A stretch of DNA of 64,000 nucleotides from an uncultured Solirubrobacterales bacterium (GTDB taxonomy: Bacteria > Actinomycetota > Thermoleophilia > Solirubrobacterales > Solirubrobacteraceae): NCBI GenBank assembly GCA_963788385.1, contig CAWBGR010000012.1, positions 24,843 to 88,842 on the forward strand. Reading direction: 5' to 3'. The position numbers were made by a program, and so were the translations under genes. The notes beneath the pieces were generated by a model. The model was not told the origin of the DNA. It was given only the letters and a program-made list of their open reading frames with translations, and did not search any database. Below, in pieces: positions 19,026-28,799 of the stretch (positions are counted from its first letter, which is position 1; each line of letters begins with the position of its first letter).

Positions 19026-20321
19026 TCAGAGGCTGAACGCTGGAAGTGCGACAAACGGATACGTCAGCACGGCGGCGGCGAGCACAAGCACCAGCCAGCC
19101 GCCGAGCGCCCAGCGCGGCATCCAGGGTCGCGAGAACGCCCGCGCCAGCGCGAGGTAGATCCCCGGCATCACGATCACCATGTAGTACAGGTAGCTGGTC
19201 CTCTGCCAGAACAGGCTGAGCGCCACGAACGGCAGCCAGGTGCCGAGGAACCACGCGACCGCCACGATGTCGACATCCGGCCCGCCGCGCCAGGCGCAGC
19301 GCAGCGCGAGCGCCAGCGCGGGGATCGCGAACAGCAGCATCGGCGGGCTGATGAAGCCGAGGAAGTGGACCGTCCAGGTGCGCGCGCTGCCGGCGCTGAC
19401 CGTCACAGTGAGGTAATTGATCGGCTTCAGGTCGATCAGCCAGTCCCATGGATAGGCGGCGATGCCCTTGGGCCCGTTGGGGCTCGTCTGCCCGGCCGCG
19501 TAGCTCAGCATGCGCGCCGTGTGGGCGAACGGGCCGCCGGTGATCGTCTGCCCTGTCTGGGGGTCGTAGGGCGGCGCGATGCGGTCGAAGATCGCCAGCA
19601 CCACCAGATAGACCGTGGTCGCGACCACGGCGAAGAGGCCGAACGCGCGCGCCGCCGCCCGCAGGCCGGCGCGGCGGTGGCGAAACAGCTCGACCAGCAG
19701 CAGCACCGCGAGCAGGTAGGGGGCCACAAGCTTCGCCGTCGCCCCCAACCCGAGGGCCACCCCGCCGGCAAGCGGACGTCCGCGTAAGTACAGCGCGGCC
19801 GCCCAGATCATGAAGGCGGCGACGTAGATGTCGAGCGTCCCGATTCGTCCGGCAACCAGCAGGAGGTTGTCGGACGCCATCAGCGTCGCCGCGAGCAGCG
19901 AACACCACTCGCCGGCGCCGCTTGCGCGCGCGAGCGCGAACATCCCGAGGATCGCAAGCGATCCGAACAGCACACTCCCGATCCGCCAGGCGAACGGGCC
20001 GTCGCCAAACAGCTCGATCGCGCCCGCGATCACGAGTTTGGCGAACTGCGGGTGCTCGGAGTTCGGATCCTGCCCGGAGGGGTCGCCGGCGTAGTTCTGC
20101 CCGGCCGGCACCGCGATGCCGTCGATTCGCCGCGCCGCGTTTACGTAGTAGGCCTCGTCGAAGATCAATCCGTGCGCGGCCGCGCCGCGGCAGGGGTTGG
20201 CGCACGGATCGCTGAGCCATGCCACGCGGACCGCGAGCGACACCACAGATACCAGCACGAGCCCCGCGATCGGCATCCAGGGGGCCCGCAGGACGCCGCG
20301 GAGTCGATCGCCTCGCCGCAT
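19026..20321 (-). CDS. glycosyltransferase family 39-like / phospholipid-carrier-dependent glycosyltransferase (PMT_2-type), 431 aa
   Basis: FDEAYYVNAARR...EHPQFAKLVIAGAIELFGDGPFAWRIGSVLFGSLAILGMFALAR (DE motif plus loop-1 region of C-type GTs). Polytopic. Confidence 0.8.
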   Translation of the reverse strand: MRRGDRLRGVLRAPWMPIAGLVLVSVVSLAVRVAWLSDPCANPCRGAAAHGLIFDEAYYVNAARRIDGIAVPAGQNYAGDPSGQDPNSEHPQFAKLVIAGAIELFGDGPFAWRIGSVLFGSLAILGMFALARASGAGEWCSLLAATLMASDNLLLVAGRIGTLDIYVAAFMIWAAALYLRGRPLAGGVALGLGATAKLVAPYLLAVLLLVELFRHRRAGLRAAARAFGLFAVVATTVYLVVLAIFDRIAPPYDPQTGQTITGGPFAHTARMLSYAAGQTSPNGPKGIAAYPWDWLIDLKPINYLTVTVSAGSARTWTVHFLGFISPPMLLFAIPALALALRCAWRGGPDVDIVAVAWFLGTWLPFVALSLFWQRTSYLYYMVIVMPGIYLALARAFSRPWMPRWALGGWLVLVLAAAVLTYPFVALPAFSL

Positions 20322-20395
20322 GTCCGCGCGACGCTACCGAAGTGCCGCCCACCGAGGCGATCGAAACGCCCGCGCCACCCCGGTCGCGGCGGATC

Positions 20396-20884
20396 TCAGC
20401 GCTGCGCGGCGATCATCCAGCGCTGCTTCTCGAGCAGGCCAACCGTCGTGATCATCAAATCCTCGGTGACGGCGTCGTACTCCGCCGCCTGTTCCATCCG
20501 CTCGCGCGCCCCCGTGATCGTCTCGTCGAGCGCCGCGATCAGCGTCGTGATGACGGCATCGGTTCGAAGTTCGCCAGGCGCGACTTCGGCGAGCCGGCTC
20601 TGTGCGCCAACCGTGCGCGCCTGGCCATCGGGCGCGACCCCGAGTGCCCGGCCGCGCTCCGCGGTCTCGTCCGCTCGCTCCTGCCACTGCTCGACGAGCA
20701 CATCGAGGTGCTCGTGAAGTGCCTGGAACTCGGTCCCGGTGAGGTTCCAGTGCAGGTGCTTGCCGAGCAGCGCGAGTTCGATCAAATCGATCAGCTCGCT
20801 CTGCAAGAGGCTACCCAGCGCCGCCCGCTCCTCGTGGCGGAGCGTTGGGTGGCCGTCGGTGACGATCAGGTGGTTCGCGGTCAT
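20396..20884 (-). CDS. dps: Dps family DNA-protection/ferroxidase protein
   Basis: LLGKHLHWNLTGTEFQALHEHLDVLVEQWQERADETAER: the Dps ferroxidase-centre H..H..D..E pattern. 162 aa. Confidence 0.9.
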   Translation of the reverse strand: MTANHLIVTDGHPTLRHEERAALGSLLQSELIDLIELALLGKHLHWNLTGTEFQALHEHLDVLVEQWQERADETAERGRALGVAPDGQARTVGAQSRLAEVAPGELRTDAVITTLIAALDETITGARERMEQAAEYDAVTEDLMITTVGLLEKQRWMIAAQR

Positions 20885-20997
20885 GCCGGCCGTCCTTTGT
20901 CGCGGTCGTGAAAATGCTTCCCCCCAGGTTAGCGATGCCCCGCAGCGGCCCGCCCGGCACGCCGCCGGACCAGCCCGTCACGCTCCCCGGGTCGCGT

Positions 20998-21972
20998 TCA
21001 GGGGCGCTCGAGCATCTGCAGGAACTCCTCCTCCGTGTGCCGTCCGGGCGGCTCTCCGGCACGCGCGTCGGCCACAGCGAGCCGGCGCAGCAGTTCGTTG
21101 ACCGGCGTTGCGACCTCGTGCAGCCGGCCCAGCAGAACGACCTCGCCGTTCAGCTGGTCGGCCTCGATCATTCCGCTGCGACGCGCGAGGCTCTGCCACG
21201 AGGAGCCGCCCGCGCGGGATGATCCGGCGACCGGCCGCAGGGTGATGAAGCGGTTGAAGCGCCGCTCGTAGATCTCGTCGCCAACGTAGCCGATCCCGGC
21301 CGCGTCGAGCACAGCCACGGCCTCGGCCAGCGCACGACGCTGGACCTCCGGGGCACCGCGGTCGCGGCCGAACAGCGCATCGACGGCGTTGGGGACGTTG
21401 CGCAGGAACTTGGCGTACTTCCAGCGCGACACGTCCTCGCGGGCCTCGGACGCAAAGCCCGAGCTTTCGAAGGCGGCAGCGATCTCGCCCGCCCGGCGCC
21501 CCGGCCCATCGGGGTAGCGACCGACGTCGAGTGCGCCGGTCACCGGCGCGGAATGCGCGACAACCACGCCGGGAACCAGATGCGTCGCCGGCAGCTGAAC
21601 GACCACCGAGTAGACCTCCGCGAAGCGGCGCAGGGCGAGGCGCTCGTTCTCGACGCCGTTCTGTGCGCACGCCACCGCGACATCGGGCCCGGCCGAAGCA
21701 TCCAGGCGCTCGAGCGCCGCCGCGGTGTCCTGGCCCTTCATCGTCAGCAGGACCACGTCGTCGCGGCGCCAGTCCAGCTCCTCGGGACCACCGGCGACCG
21801 CGATCGGGAACACCTGCACGCCGTCGGGAGACTCGAGGCGCAACCCATCGCGCTCGATCGCGTCGCGGTGGGCACCGCGGGCGATCAGCACAACGTCATG
21901 GCCGTGCTCGAACAGGCGGCTGCCGATCACTCCCCCGACCGCCCCTGCGCCGTAGACGACGAAGCGCGCCAC
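20998..21972 (-). CDS. panE: 2-dehydropantoate 2-reductase (ApbA/PanE family)
   Basis: GTG start. N-terminal Rossmann motif VVYGAGAVGGVIGSRLFEHGHDVVLIARG and a C-terminal ApbA_C-like region. Confidence 0.8.
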   Translation of the reverse strand: MARFVVYGAGAVGGVIGSRLFEHGHDVVLIARGAHRDAIERDGLRLESPDGVQVFPIAVAGGPEELDWRRDDVVLLTMKGQDTAAALERLDASAGPDVAVACAQNGVENERLALRRFAEVYSVVVQLPATHLVPGVVVAHSAPVTGALDVGRYPDGPGRRAGEIAAAFESSGFASEAREDVSRWKYAKFLRNVPNAVDALFGRDRGAPEVQRRALAEAVAVLDAAGIGYVGDEIYERRFNRFITLRPVAGSSRAGGSSWQSLARRSGMIEADQLNGEVVLLGRLHEVATPVNELLRRLAVADARAGEPPGRHTEEEFLQMLERP

Positions 21973-21982
21973 CGCGAACCGC

Positions 21983-23149
21983 CTACTCGAACGCCGCGTG
22001 ACCCGTCAGGGCCTTGCCGAGCACGAGCGTGTGGATCTGGTGGGTGCCCTCGTAGGTCAGAACCGACTCGAGGTTGACGAGATGGCGCATGACCGGGTAC
22101 TCGAGCGTGATCCCGTTTGCGCCGAGCAGCGCCCGCGCCCGGCGCGCGACGTCGGTGGCCATCCGCACGTTGGAAAACTTGCCGTAGCTGATGTGCTCGG
22201 GCGTGACGAGACCCGCGTCCTTCAGGTGTCCGATCCGCGTCGCGAGCAGCAGACCGTTGTTGACCGCCACGTGCATCTCGACCAGTTCCTGCTGCACGAT
22301 CTGGCGCGCCGAGACCGGGCGACCGAAGGCGACCCGGCTCGCGGTGTAGTCCAGCGCCGCCTCGAGGCACGCGCGTGCAGCTCCAACGGCGCCCCACACG
22401 ATGCCGTAGCGCGCCTCGCTCAGGCAGGAGAGCGGGCCGCGCAGCGAGTTCGCGCCGGGAAGCATGGCATCGGCGTCCAGCCGGCAATCCTCGAAGATCA
22501 GCTCGGATGTCGTCGACGCAACCAGCGACAGCTTGTCCTTGACGTCGACGGTGCGAAAGCCCTCGCTGCCGGCCGGCACGAGGAAGCCCCTGACGCCCTC
22601 GTCCGTCTTCACCCAGACGACAGCCACGCCGGCGCGGCTGCCGTTGGTGATCCACATCTTGGTCCCGTTGAGCACCCAGCCGTCCCCGTCGCGGCGCGCG
22701 CTGGCGCGCATCGCGGCGGGGTCGCTGCCCGCGTCGGGCTCGGTCAGTCCGAAGCAGCCGATCACCTCACCCGCCGCCATGGGCGCGAGCCAGCGTTCCT
22801 TCTGCTGCTGCGAACCGAAGGCGTGGATCGCAAACATTGCCAGCGAGCCCTGCACCGACACGAGGCTGCGTAGACCGCTGTCTCCAGCCTCGAGCTCAAG
22901 GCAGGCGTGGCCGTAGGCCGTGGCGCTGGCGCCCGCACATCCGTAGCCCTCGAGGTGCATCCCGAGCACACCGAGCTCTCCGAGCTCGGGGCCGAGCTCC
23001 GGCGGCAGCCCGCCGGCGCGCCAGGCATCGATGACAATCGGCAGGAAGCGGCGGCGAACCCAATCACGCACAGTCGAGGCGATCAGCCGCTCCTCGTCGC
23101 TCAGCTCGCCGGCAAGTCCGAACGGGTCCTCGACTGAGTAGCTGGTCAC
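21983..23149 (-). CDS. acyl-CoA dehydrogenase, glutaryl-CoA dehydrogenase-like
   Basis: ACAD motifs: GCFGLTEPDAGSDP, WITNG, C-terminal YEGTHQIHTLVLG. GTG at 23149 is preceded by AGGAG 5 nt upstream; the longest ORF extends to 23206. Confidence 0.9.
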   Translation of the reverse strand: MTSYSVEDPFGLAGELSDEERLIASTVRDWVRRRFLPIVIDAWRAGGLPPELGPELGELGVLGMHLEGYGCAGASATAYGHACLELEAGDSGLRSLVSVQGSLAMFAIHAFGSQQQKERWLAPMAAGEVIGCFGLTEPDAGSDPAAMRASARRDGDGWVLNGTKMWITNGSRAGVAVVWVKTDEGVRGFLVPAGSEGFRTVDVKDKLSLVASTTSELIFEDCRLDADAMLPGANSLRGPLSCLSEARYGIVWGAVGAARACLEAALDYTASRVAFGRPVSARQIVQQELVEMHVAVNNGLLLATRIGHLKDAGLVTPEHISYGKFSNVRMATDVARRARALLGANGITLEYPVMRHLVNLESVLTYEGTHQIHTLVLGKALTGHAAFE

Positions 23150-23248
23150 TGCATCTCCTAGCGTTCGCGGCGCCGATTCGTGTGGCTCACAGCCGACCAT
23201 ATTCAATCGGGAAGTCCGCCCGCACCCGCCGGTGGGCGCGAGCCGTGC

Positions 23249-24430
23249 TCAGGCTCCGCCGGGCAGTGGACCATCAGCGCCCAGCCAGGTGCGCAGCGCT
23301 TCGCCGTCGGCGCCGAGCGCCGGTGGAATCCGGCGGTACGACGGCGGCGTGGCGTCCAGCGCGATCGGGCTGGCGACCTGACGGGCACCCTCCGCCATCT
23401 CGACGATCGAGGGAAGCCCGAGTGACGAAGCCAGCGCGAAAGCGCCGCTGACGTCGTTGACCGGGCCACAGGGCACCCCGGCCGCGCTCAGCGTCTGCGC
23501 GAGCGCCGCACCCGGGCGCTGGCCGATCAGCGGGCCGAGTTCGGCGACCAGGTCGGCGTGATGCTCGACCCGCGCCGCGTTGGTGGCAAAGCGCGCGTCG
23601 GTGGCGAGGGCCGTGCAGCCGAGTTCGCGGCACAGTGAGAGGAACTGGCGGTCATTCCCGACCGCCACGACGATCTCGCCGTCCGCCGATGCAAACGATT
23701 CGTAGGGAGCGATGCTCGGATGGCGATTGCCCATCCGCGCCGGAATCACGCCGGCGCCGAGGAATCCCGACGCCTGGTTGACCAGCGCGGCGAGCAGCGA
23801 GCCGAGCAGTGACACCTCCGCGCGCTGTCCGATGCCGCTGCGTTCGCGCTCGGCCAGAGCGGCAAGGATCGCGACGGTTGCGAACAGCCCTGCAATCACG
23901 TCGACCAGTGCGACCCCCACTTTCGTCGGCGGGCCCTGCTCCTGTCCGGTCACGCTCATCAGGCCTCCGACCGCCTGCACCAGCAGGTCGTAGCCCGGTA
24001 GCGCCGCGCCCGCACCGGAGCCGAAGCCGGTCAGGCTGCACGAGACCAGCCGCGGATTCGCGGCGCGCGTCGTCTCCTCGCCAAGGCCGAAGCGCTCCAG
24101 CGTCCCCGGACGGAAGTTCTCGATCAGCACGTCCGAGCGCTCGATCAGGCGCGCGGCGAGCACGCGATCTCGCCCATCAGCCAGATCCAGCACGATGCTG
24201 CGCTTGTTGCGGTTCACCGACTGGTAGTAGGTGCTGGTTCCATCCGGGGCCCACGGCGGACCCCATGACCGGGTGTCGTCGCCTGAAGGACGCTCGACCT
24301 TGATCACCTCGGCACCCAGGTCGCCGAGCACCATCGCCGCAAACGGCCCGGCCAGCACTCGCGAGAAGTCCGCGACGAGCACCCCTTCCAGCGGTGGGCG
24401 GCGAATCGGGGACGGCGGATTGGCTGGCAC
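23249..24430 (-). CDS. family III CoA-transferase (CaiB/BaiF)
   Basis: PLEGVLVADFSRVLAGPFAAMVLGDLGAEVIKVERP...GDDTRSWGPP signature. GTG start at 24430; the longer ORF to 24607 would overlap the divergent mocA-like gene region. Confidence 0.85.
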   Translation of the reverse strand: MPANPPSPIRRPPLEGVLVADFSRVLAGPFAAMVLGDLGAEVIKVERPSGDDTRSWGPPWAPDGTSTYYQSVNRNKRSIVLDLADGRDRVLAARLIERSDVLIENFRPGTLERFGLGEETTRAANPRLVSCSLTGFGSGAGAALPGYDLLVQAVGGLMSVTGQEQGPPTKVGVALVDVIAGLFATVAILAALAERERSGIGQRAEVSLLGSLLAALVNQASGFLGAGVIPARMGNRHPSIAPYESFASADGEIVVAVGNDRQFLSLCRELGCTALATDARFATNAARVEHHADLVAELGPLIGQRPGAALAQTLSAAGVPCGPVNDVSGAFALASSLGLPSIVEMAEGARQVASPIALDATPPSYRRIPPALGADGEALRTWLGADGPLPGGA

Positions 24431-24527
24431 TGGCGCTGAATCTAGCGACGTGGCCCGCGAAGAGAGTCGTCCGGCGCGCCCGCGGCCGCGCTTGCGGATG
24501 GCGCGAGCCAGCCGGATACTCCTCCCC

Positions 24528-25142
24528 ATGGGCGCGCGTGACCACAGCGCAAGAGTCGCCGGGCTCGTGCTGGCCGCAGGCTCGGGGCGGCGCTTCGGCT
24601 CGCCCAAGCAACTGGCGGCGCTGCATGGCCGGCCCCTGCTGGAGCACGCGCTGCTCGCGATGGCAGGCGCCGCATGCCTCGACGAGGTGGTCGTCGTGCT
24701 CGGATCCCACGCCGACGAGATCCTCTCCCGGGTGCAGTTGCACGGCGCGCGGGCGGTGATCTGCGCCGGCTGGGAGGAGGGTCAGGCCGCGTCGCTGCGG
24801 GCCGGCGTTGCGGCGCTCGAGCAACACGCGGAGGCGATTGTCGTGACGCTCGGCGACCAGCCGGCGATCGACCCGCGCGCCATCGATCGCGTGGCGTCCG
24901 CGCGAGCCGACGCCGCGCTCGCGCTGCGCGCGAGCTACCTGGGCAAACCAGGCCATCCGGTGCTGCTTGAGCGGCAGCTCTTTCGGGAGGTCGCTGCGCT
25001 GCGCGGTGACGAGGGGGCGCGGCGCCTGCTGGGCGGCGTCGCCGTGGCGCTCGTCGAGTGCGACGGGCTAGGCAGCGACGCCGATATCGACACCTGCGAG
25101 CAGCTGGCGCTCAGCGCGGGCGGATCGTGGTGGCCGTCGTGA
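24528..25142 (+). CDS. mocA: MobA-like NTP-transferase, probable molybdenum cofactor cytidylyltransferase
   Basis: VAGLVLAAGSGRRFGSPKQLAALHGRPLLEHAL N-terminal nucleotide-binding motif. 204 aa from the internal ATG at 24528. Neighbour of xdhC/coxDE. Confidence 0.8.
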   Translation: MGARDHSARVAGLVLAAGSGRRFGSPKQLAALHGRPLLEHALLAMAGAACLDEVVVVLGSHADEILSRVQLHGARAVICAGWEEGQAASLRAGVAALEQHAEAIVVTLGDQPAIDPRAIDRVASARADAALALRASYLGKPGHPVLLERQLFREVAALRGDEGARRLLGGVAVALVECDGLGSDADIDTCEQLALSAGGSWWPS

Positions 25143-26220
25143 TGAGGGCCTCTCCGCCGCGCCCGGATCTTGCCGCAATCACCTCCGCCATGATCGAGAT
25201 CGCGACCTCCTCGGGCGTCGCCGCTCCGATGTCGAGCCCGCAGGGGGAATGCACACGCGCGAGCGCCTGCGGATCCACTCCCGCCGCGAGGAGCCGGGCA
25301 GCGCGTTCCTGCGCGGTCCGGCGGCTGCCGAGCGCGCCGATGTAGCCGGCGTCGCTGCGCAGCGCCGCGACGATCGCCGGCTCGTCGAACTTCGGGTCGT
25401 GGCTGAACACGATCACCCCGTCGCGCGGCCCGAGCTCGCGCTCATCGATGGCGGGCGCCGGCCAGCCGATGTGCACCGTCGCAACCCGCGAGAATCGCTC
25501 GGAACGCGCGAACGCCTCCCGCGCATCGGCGATCACCACCTCGTAGCCGGCCGCGGAGGCCAGCGCCGCGACGGCGGCGGAGTAGTCAATGGCGCCGACC
25601 AGCACGAGCGTCGGCGGCGTCCGGAAGGCCTGCAGATGGACACTCAGCCCGCTGCCGAGCGCCTCACCCCCGCGCCCGTAATGGCGCACCGCGCTCGTGC
25701 CACGCTCGCTGAGCGCGGCGAGGTCGCGCGCCACACTCCGGTCGAGCAGCTCCGGTCCGTGCAGGCTGCCGATCACGCGTCCGTCGACGACTGCAAGTTT
25801 TGCTCCCGGCTCGTCCCCCTCGACGAGGGTCGCAATCCCAGCCGCCAGGCCCCGTGCCGCAGCATCGAAGGCCTCGGCACTGGTTGCTCGCGCGCCACCG
25901 GCCAGCTCGTGAACGAAGACGTGGACAGTGCCGCCGCACATCAGTCCTACCTCGTGCGCCGCCTCGTCAGACACTCCGTAGCGAAGCGTCCGCGCCGCGC
26001 CGTCCCCGGCGAGCAGCTCGAGCGCGTTGACAACCACGTCGGCCTCCACGCAGCCGCCCGTGATCGAGCCTTCGATTGCGCCGTCCGCGTCGATCAGCAT
26101 GAACGCTCCAGGCTGAAACGGTGAGGACCCCTCGGCGTCGGTCAGCAGCGCGCAGACGATGCGCCGATCCTCGGCGACCCAGCGCAGTCCGACAGACAGC
26201 TGCTGGCTCACGACGCTCAT
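25111..26220 (-). CDS. xdhC: XdhC/CoxI family molybdenum-hydroxylase accessory protein
   Basis: N-terminal XdhC_CoxI motif (ALLTDAEGSSPFQPGAFMLIDADGAIEGSITGGCVE). C-terminal Rossmann-like XdhC_C (LVLVGAIDYSAAVAALA). Confidence 0.85.
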   Translation of the reverse strand: MSVVSQQLSVGLRWVAEDRRIVCALLTDAEGSSPFQPGAFMLIDADGAIEGSITGGCVEADVVVNALELLAGDGAARTLRYGVSDEAAHEVGLMCGGTVHVFVHELAGGARATSAEAFDAAARGLAAGIATLVEGDEPGAKLAVVDGRVIGSLHGPELLDRSVARDLAALSERGTSAVRHYGRGGEALGSGLSVHLQAFRTPPTLVLVGAIDYSAAVAALASAAGYEVVIADAREAFARSERFSRVATVHIGWPAPAIDERELGPRDGVIVFSHDPKFDEPAIVAALRSDAGYIGALGSRRTAQERAARLLAAGVDPQALARVHSPCGLDIGAATPEEVAISIMAEVIAARSGRGGEALITTATTIRPR

Positions 26221-26426
26221 GACATCAGCGTAAAGCAGTGATGCGCGCCAGCTCGAGCGCTGCCAGCCGGCCGGCGGATTTCAGATCGGCTCGCGTCGCG
26301 GCGCTGGACCTCAAACCGGCGTCGTATTGAGCCCGGTGTCGCCGTGACCTGCGGGCATCGCGACGGGACAGAGGGGCGTCGCCTGGGTCCCCGGACCCGG
26401 CTGCGCCTCCTGACCGCTGCGCACCG

Positions 26427-27713
26427 TCAAGGCCGCGGACGGCGCGACGCGGCGCCCGGCGGCGCCGCGATCGCCTCCGCCACCTCGGCGAGCGCCGCGA
26501 AGCTGTGCCCGCTCACGAGCGCATCGCAGTAGGGCAGGGCCGCCCTCATCCCGCCGGCCGCGACGGAGAACGAGCTCGAGCTCGCCCGGGGATTGACCCA
26601 GACGATCCGGTGGGCGAGGCGCGCGAGGCGCTCCATCTCGCGCCCCACGAGCATCGGATCGCCGCGTTCCCAGCCGTCGGAGAGGATGACGACCACGGCG
26701 CCACGCGCCATGCCACGGCGGCCGTGGCGGTCGTTGAACGCCTTCAGCGCGTCGCCGATCCGTGTCCCGCTCGACCAGTCCGGCGCGGCGGCCGCGGCGC
26801 GCTGGATCGCCCGCTCGGGGTTGCGTGATGCCAGCGAGCGCGTCAACCGCGTCAGGCGAGTGGCGAACACGAACGCCTCGGCGCCCGGTCCGCTGCCAGC
26901 CGCGCAGGTCAGGAACTGAAGGTATGCGCGCGCATACGGCTCCATCGAACCCGAGATGTCGCACAACATGACGAGGCGTCGCCGGACGACTCGCCGGCGA
27001 CGCCGCGCGAGGCGGATCGGGTCGCCCCCCGTACGCAGGCTGGCGCGCAGGCTTCGGCGCATGTCGATGCGCTCGCCGTGATGCGCCTTCTCGTAGCGGC
27101 GGGTGCGTCGCGACGGAGTGCGGAGCGACAGCTGGGACATCAGCCGGTAGAGCTGCGCGAGCTCGCCCGGCTGGAGCGCGTCGAAGCTCCTGGTCCGCAG
27201 CAGCTCCGCTTCGCTGGCCATCGCCTGGCGATCCTCGACCTCGGCCGCGTGATTGTCCTCGTCGAGCGCACCTGGCCCTTTCGACGACAGATTCGCGCTG
27301 CGATCGAACACCGCGGAGCGCGGCGGAACCCGTGCTCCATCGTTGTCTCCCCGGTCCTGGGGAAGCGGCGTTGCGGCTGGCACATCCAGGCCGTCAGACC
27401 CCGGCTCACGGCCTTCGCCGCCAGCAAATACCGACGAGAAGACAGCGTCGAACGCCCCGACCTGCGCCGCGTCGGACACCGCCACGGCGCGCAGCGTCCA
27501 GTACAGTCGCCGGCGGGTCACCGGGCGCGCGAGCGTGAGCGCCCGGGCTAGGTCCGCCGCTCGCGCGGGCGTCATCGGGACTGCGGCGTCCTGCAGTCGG
27601 CGGCTGAACGCCCCGACAAGCGCCGGTAGATCGAGATCGATCAGCTCGACCGCGGATACCGCCCCGGGAGCACCGGCGTCAGTCACCGGCACGCACGAGC
27701 GCTTCGAGGCCAC
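26427..27713 (-). CDS. coxE: VWA domain protein, CoxE-like
   Basis: MIDAS region LVMLCDISGSMEPYARAYLQF...VVILSDGWERGD, directly downstream of a MoxR ATPase. The start may be the GTG that overlaps the coxD stop (about 27,686). Confidence 0.85.
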   Translation of the reverse strand: MASKRSCVPVTDAGAPGAVSAVELIDLDLPALVGAFSRRLQDAAVPMTPARAADLARALTLARPVTRRRLYWTLRAVAVSDAAQVGAFDAVFSSVFAGGEGREPGSDGLDVPAATPLPQDRGDNDGARVPPRSAVFDRSANLSSKGPGALDEDNHAAEVEDRQAMASEAELLRTRSFDALQPGELAQLYRLMSQLSLRTPSRRTRRYEKAHHGERIDMRRSLRASLRTGGDPIRLARRRRRVVRRRLVMLCDISGSMEPYARAYLQFLTCAAGSGPGAEAFVFATRLTRLTRSLASRNPERAIQRAAAAAPDWSSGTRIGDALKAFNDRHGRRGMARGAVVVILSDGWERGDPMLVGREMERLARLAHRIVWVNPRASSSSFSVAAGGMRAALPYCDALVSGHSFAALAEVAEAIAAPPGAASRRPRP

Positions 27714-28602
27714 CGGCGCGGATCACCTCCTGGTCTTCACCGTATTTGAGCACCGATCCGAGCGTGCGATCCACAGCCGCGGCGTCCAGGTGCTCGATTC
27801 CAAGCAGCTCGAGCGCCGCCAGCCAGTCGATCGCCTCCGCGATGCCGGGCGGCTTCTGCACGTCGCTCTCACGCATCCGCGACACAGCGTTCGCGACTGC
27901 GACCGCAAGCGTCTCGGAGGCGCCCCTGACTCGCAGGCGCACGATCGCCACCTCGCGCTGAGCGCTCGGATAGTCGATCCAGTGGTAGAGGCAGCGGCGC
28001 TTCACGGCGTCGTGGAGGTCGCGCGTGCGGTTGGAGGTCAGCACGATGATCGGCGGCTGCGTCGCCCGGATCGTGCCGAGCTCGGGAATCGTCACCGCAG
28101 ACTCCGCGAGCAGCTCGAGCAGAAACGCCTCGAAGTCGTCATCGGCACGGTCGACCTCGTCGATCAAAAGCACAGCCGGCCGCGGGCCGGGGTGCTCGAG
28201 CGCGCGCAGCAGCGGGCGCCGGATTAGGTAATCCGAGCCAAACAGCTCCTCCTCGCCAAGCGGCGAGCCACTCGATTCCGCGAGCCGAATCGCCAGCAGC
28301 TGGCGCGGATAGTTCCACTCATACAGCGCTTCGGCAGCGTCAATCCCCTCGTAGCACTGCAGGCGAATCAGCGGCGTGTCCAGCACCCGCGCCAGCGACT
28401 TGGCGGCCTCGGTCTTGCCCACCCCCGCCTCGCCCTCGAGCAGAAGTGGCTGCGGCAGGCGCACGCTCAGAAACATCGAGGTCGCGAGACCCTCGTCGAC
28501 GAGATAGTCGACCTCGGCCAGGCGCTGCGCGAGCGTCTCCACGTCGGGCACCAGCCGGCGGAGATCTCCGTCGGCCTCGCCCGTGACGACGCTCGGGCTC
28601 AT
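27679..28602 (-). CDS. coxD: MoxR-type AAA+ ATPase, CoxD-like
   Basis: Walker A LLLEGEAGVGKTEAAK and Walker B VLLIDEVDRAD. ATG at 28602 (MSPSVVTG...). The 5' part of ORF 27679..29319 is an Arg/Gly-rich artefact overlapping mog. Confidence 0.9.
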   Translation of the reverse strand: MSPSVVTGEADGDLRRLVPDVETLAQRLAEVDYLVDEGLATSMFLSVRLPQPLLLEGEAGVGKTEAAKSLARVLDTPLIRLQCYEGIDAAEALYEWNYPRQLLAIRLAESSGSPLGEEELFGSDYLIRRPLLRALEHPGPRPAVLLIDEVDRADDDFEAFLLELLAESAVTIPELGTIRATQPPIIVLTSNRTRDLHDAVKRRCLYHWIDYPSAQREVAIVRLRVRGASETLAVAVANAVSRMRESDVQKPPGIAEAIDWLAALELLGIEHLDAAAVDRTLGSVLKYGEDQEVIRAGGLEALVRAGD

Positions 28603-28799
28603 CGCGCCACCACCGCCGCCTCGCAGACGCCGGGCGGGAATCCGCGCAGTGGCTGGCGTAGCTGCCGCAGCTGCAACGGAGCACGGCGACCGCGACCACG
28701 GCGAAGGCCTCGTCCGGCGTAGCGCACGCAGCGAGGATAGAGCGAGGCGCGTAACCCCCGCAGGCGGGCGCCGGCCGCCAAGCGCCAGCCGCTCACCGG

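Noticed and set aside
16901-19036. 711-aa ORF on the plus strand
   Set aside because: It runs out of frame through the acyltransferase gene and antisense through the secreted-protein gene. Arg/Gly/Pro-rich, with no motifs.
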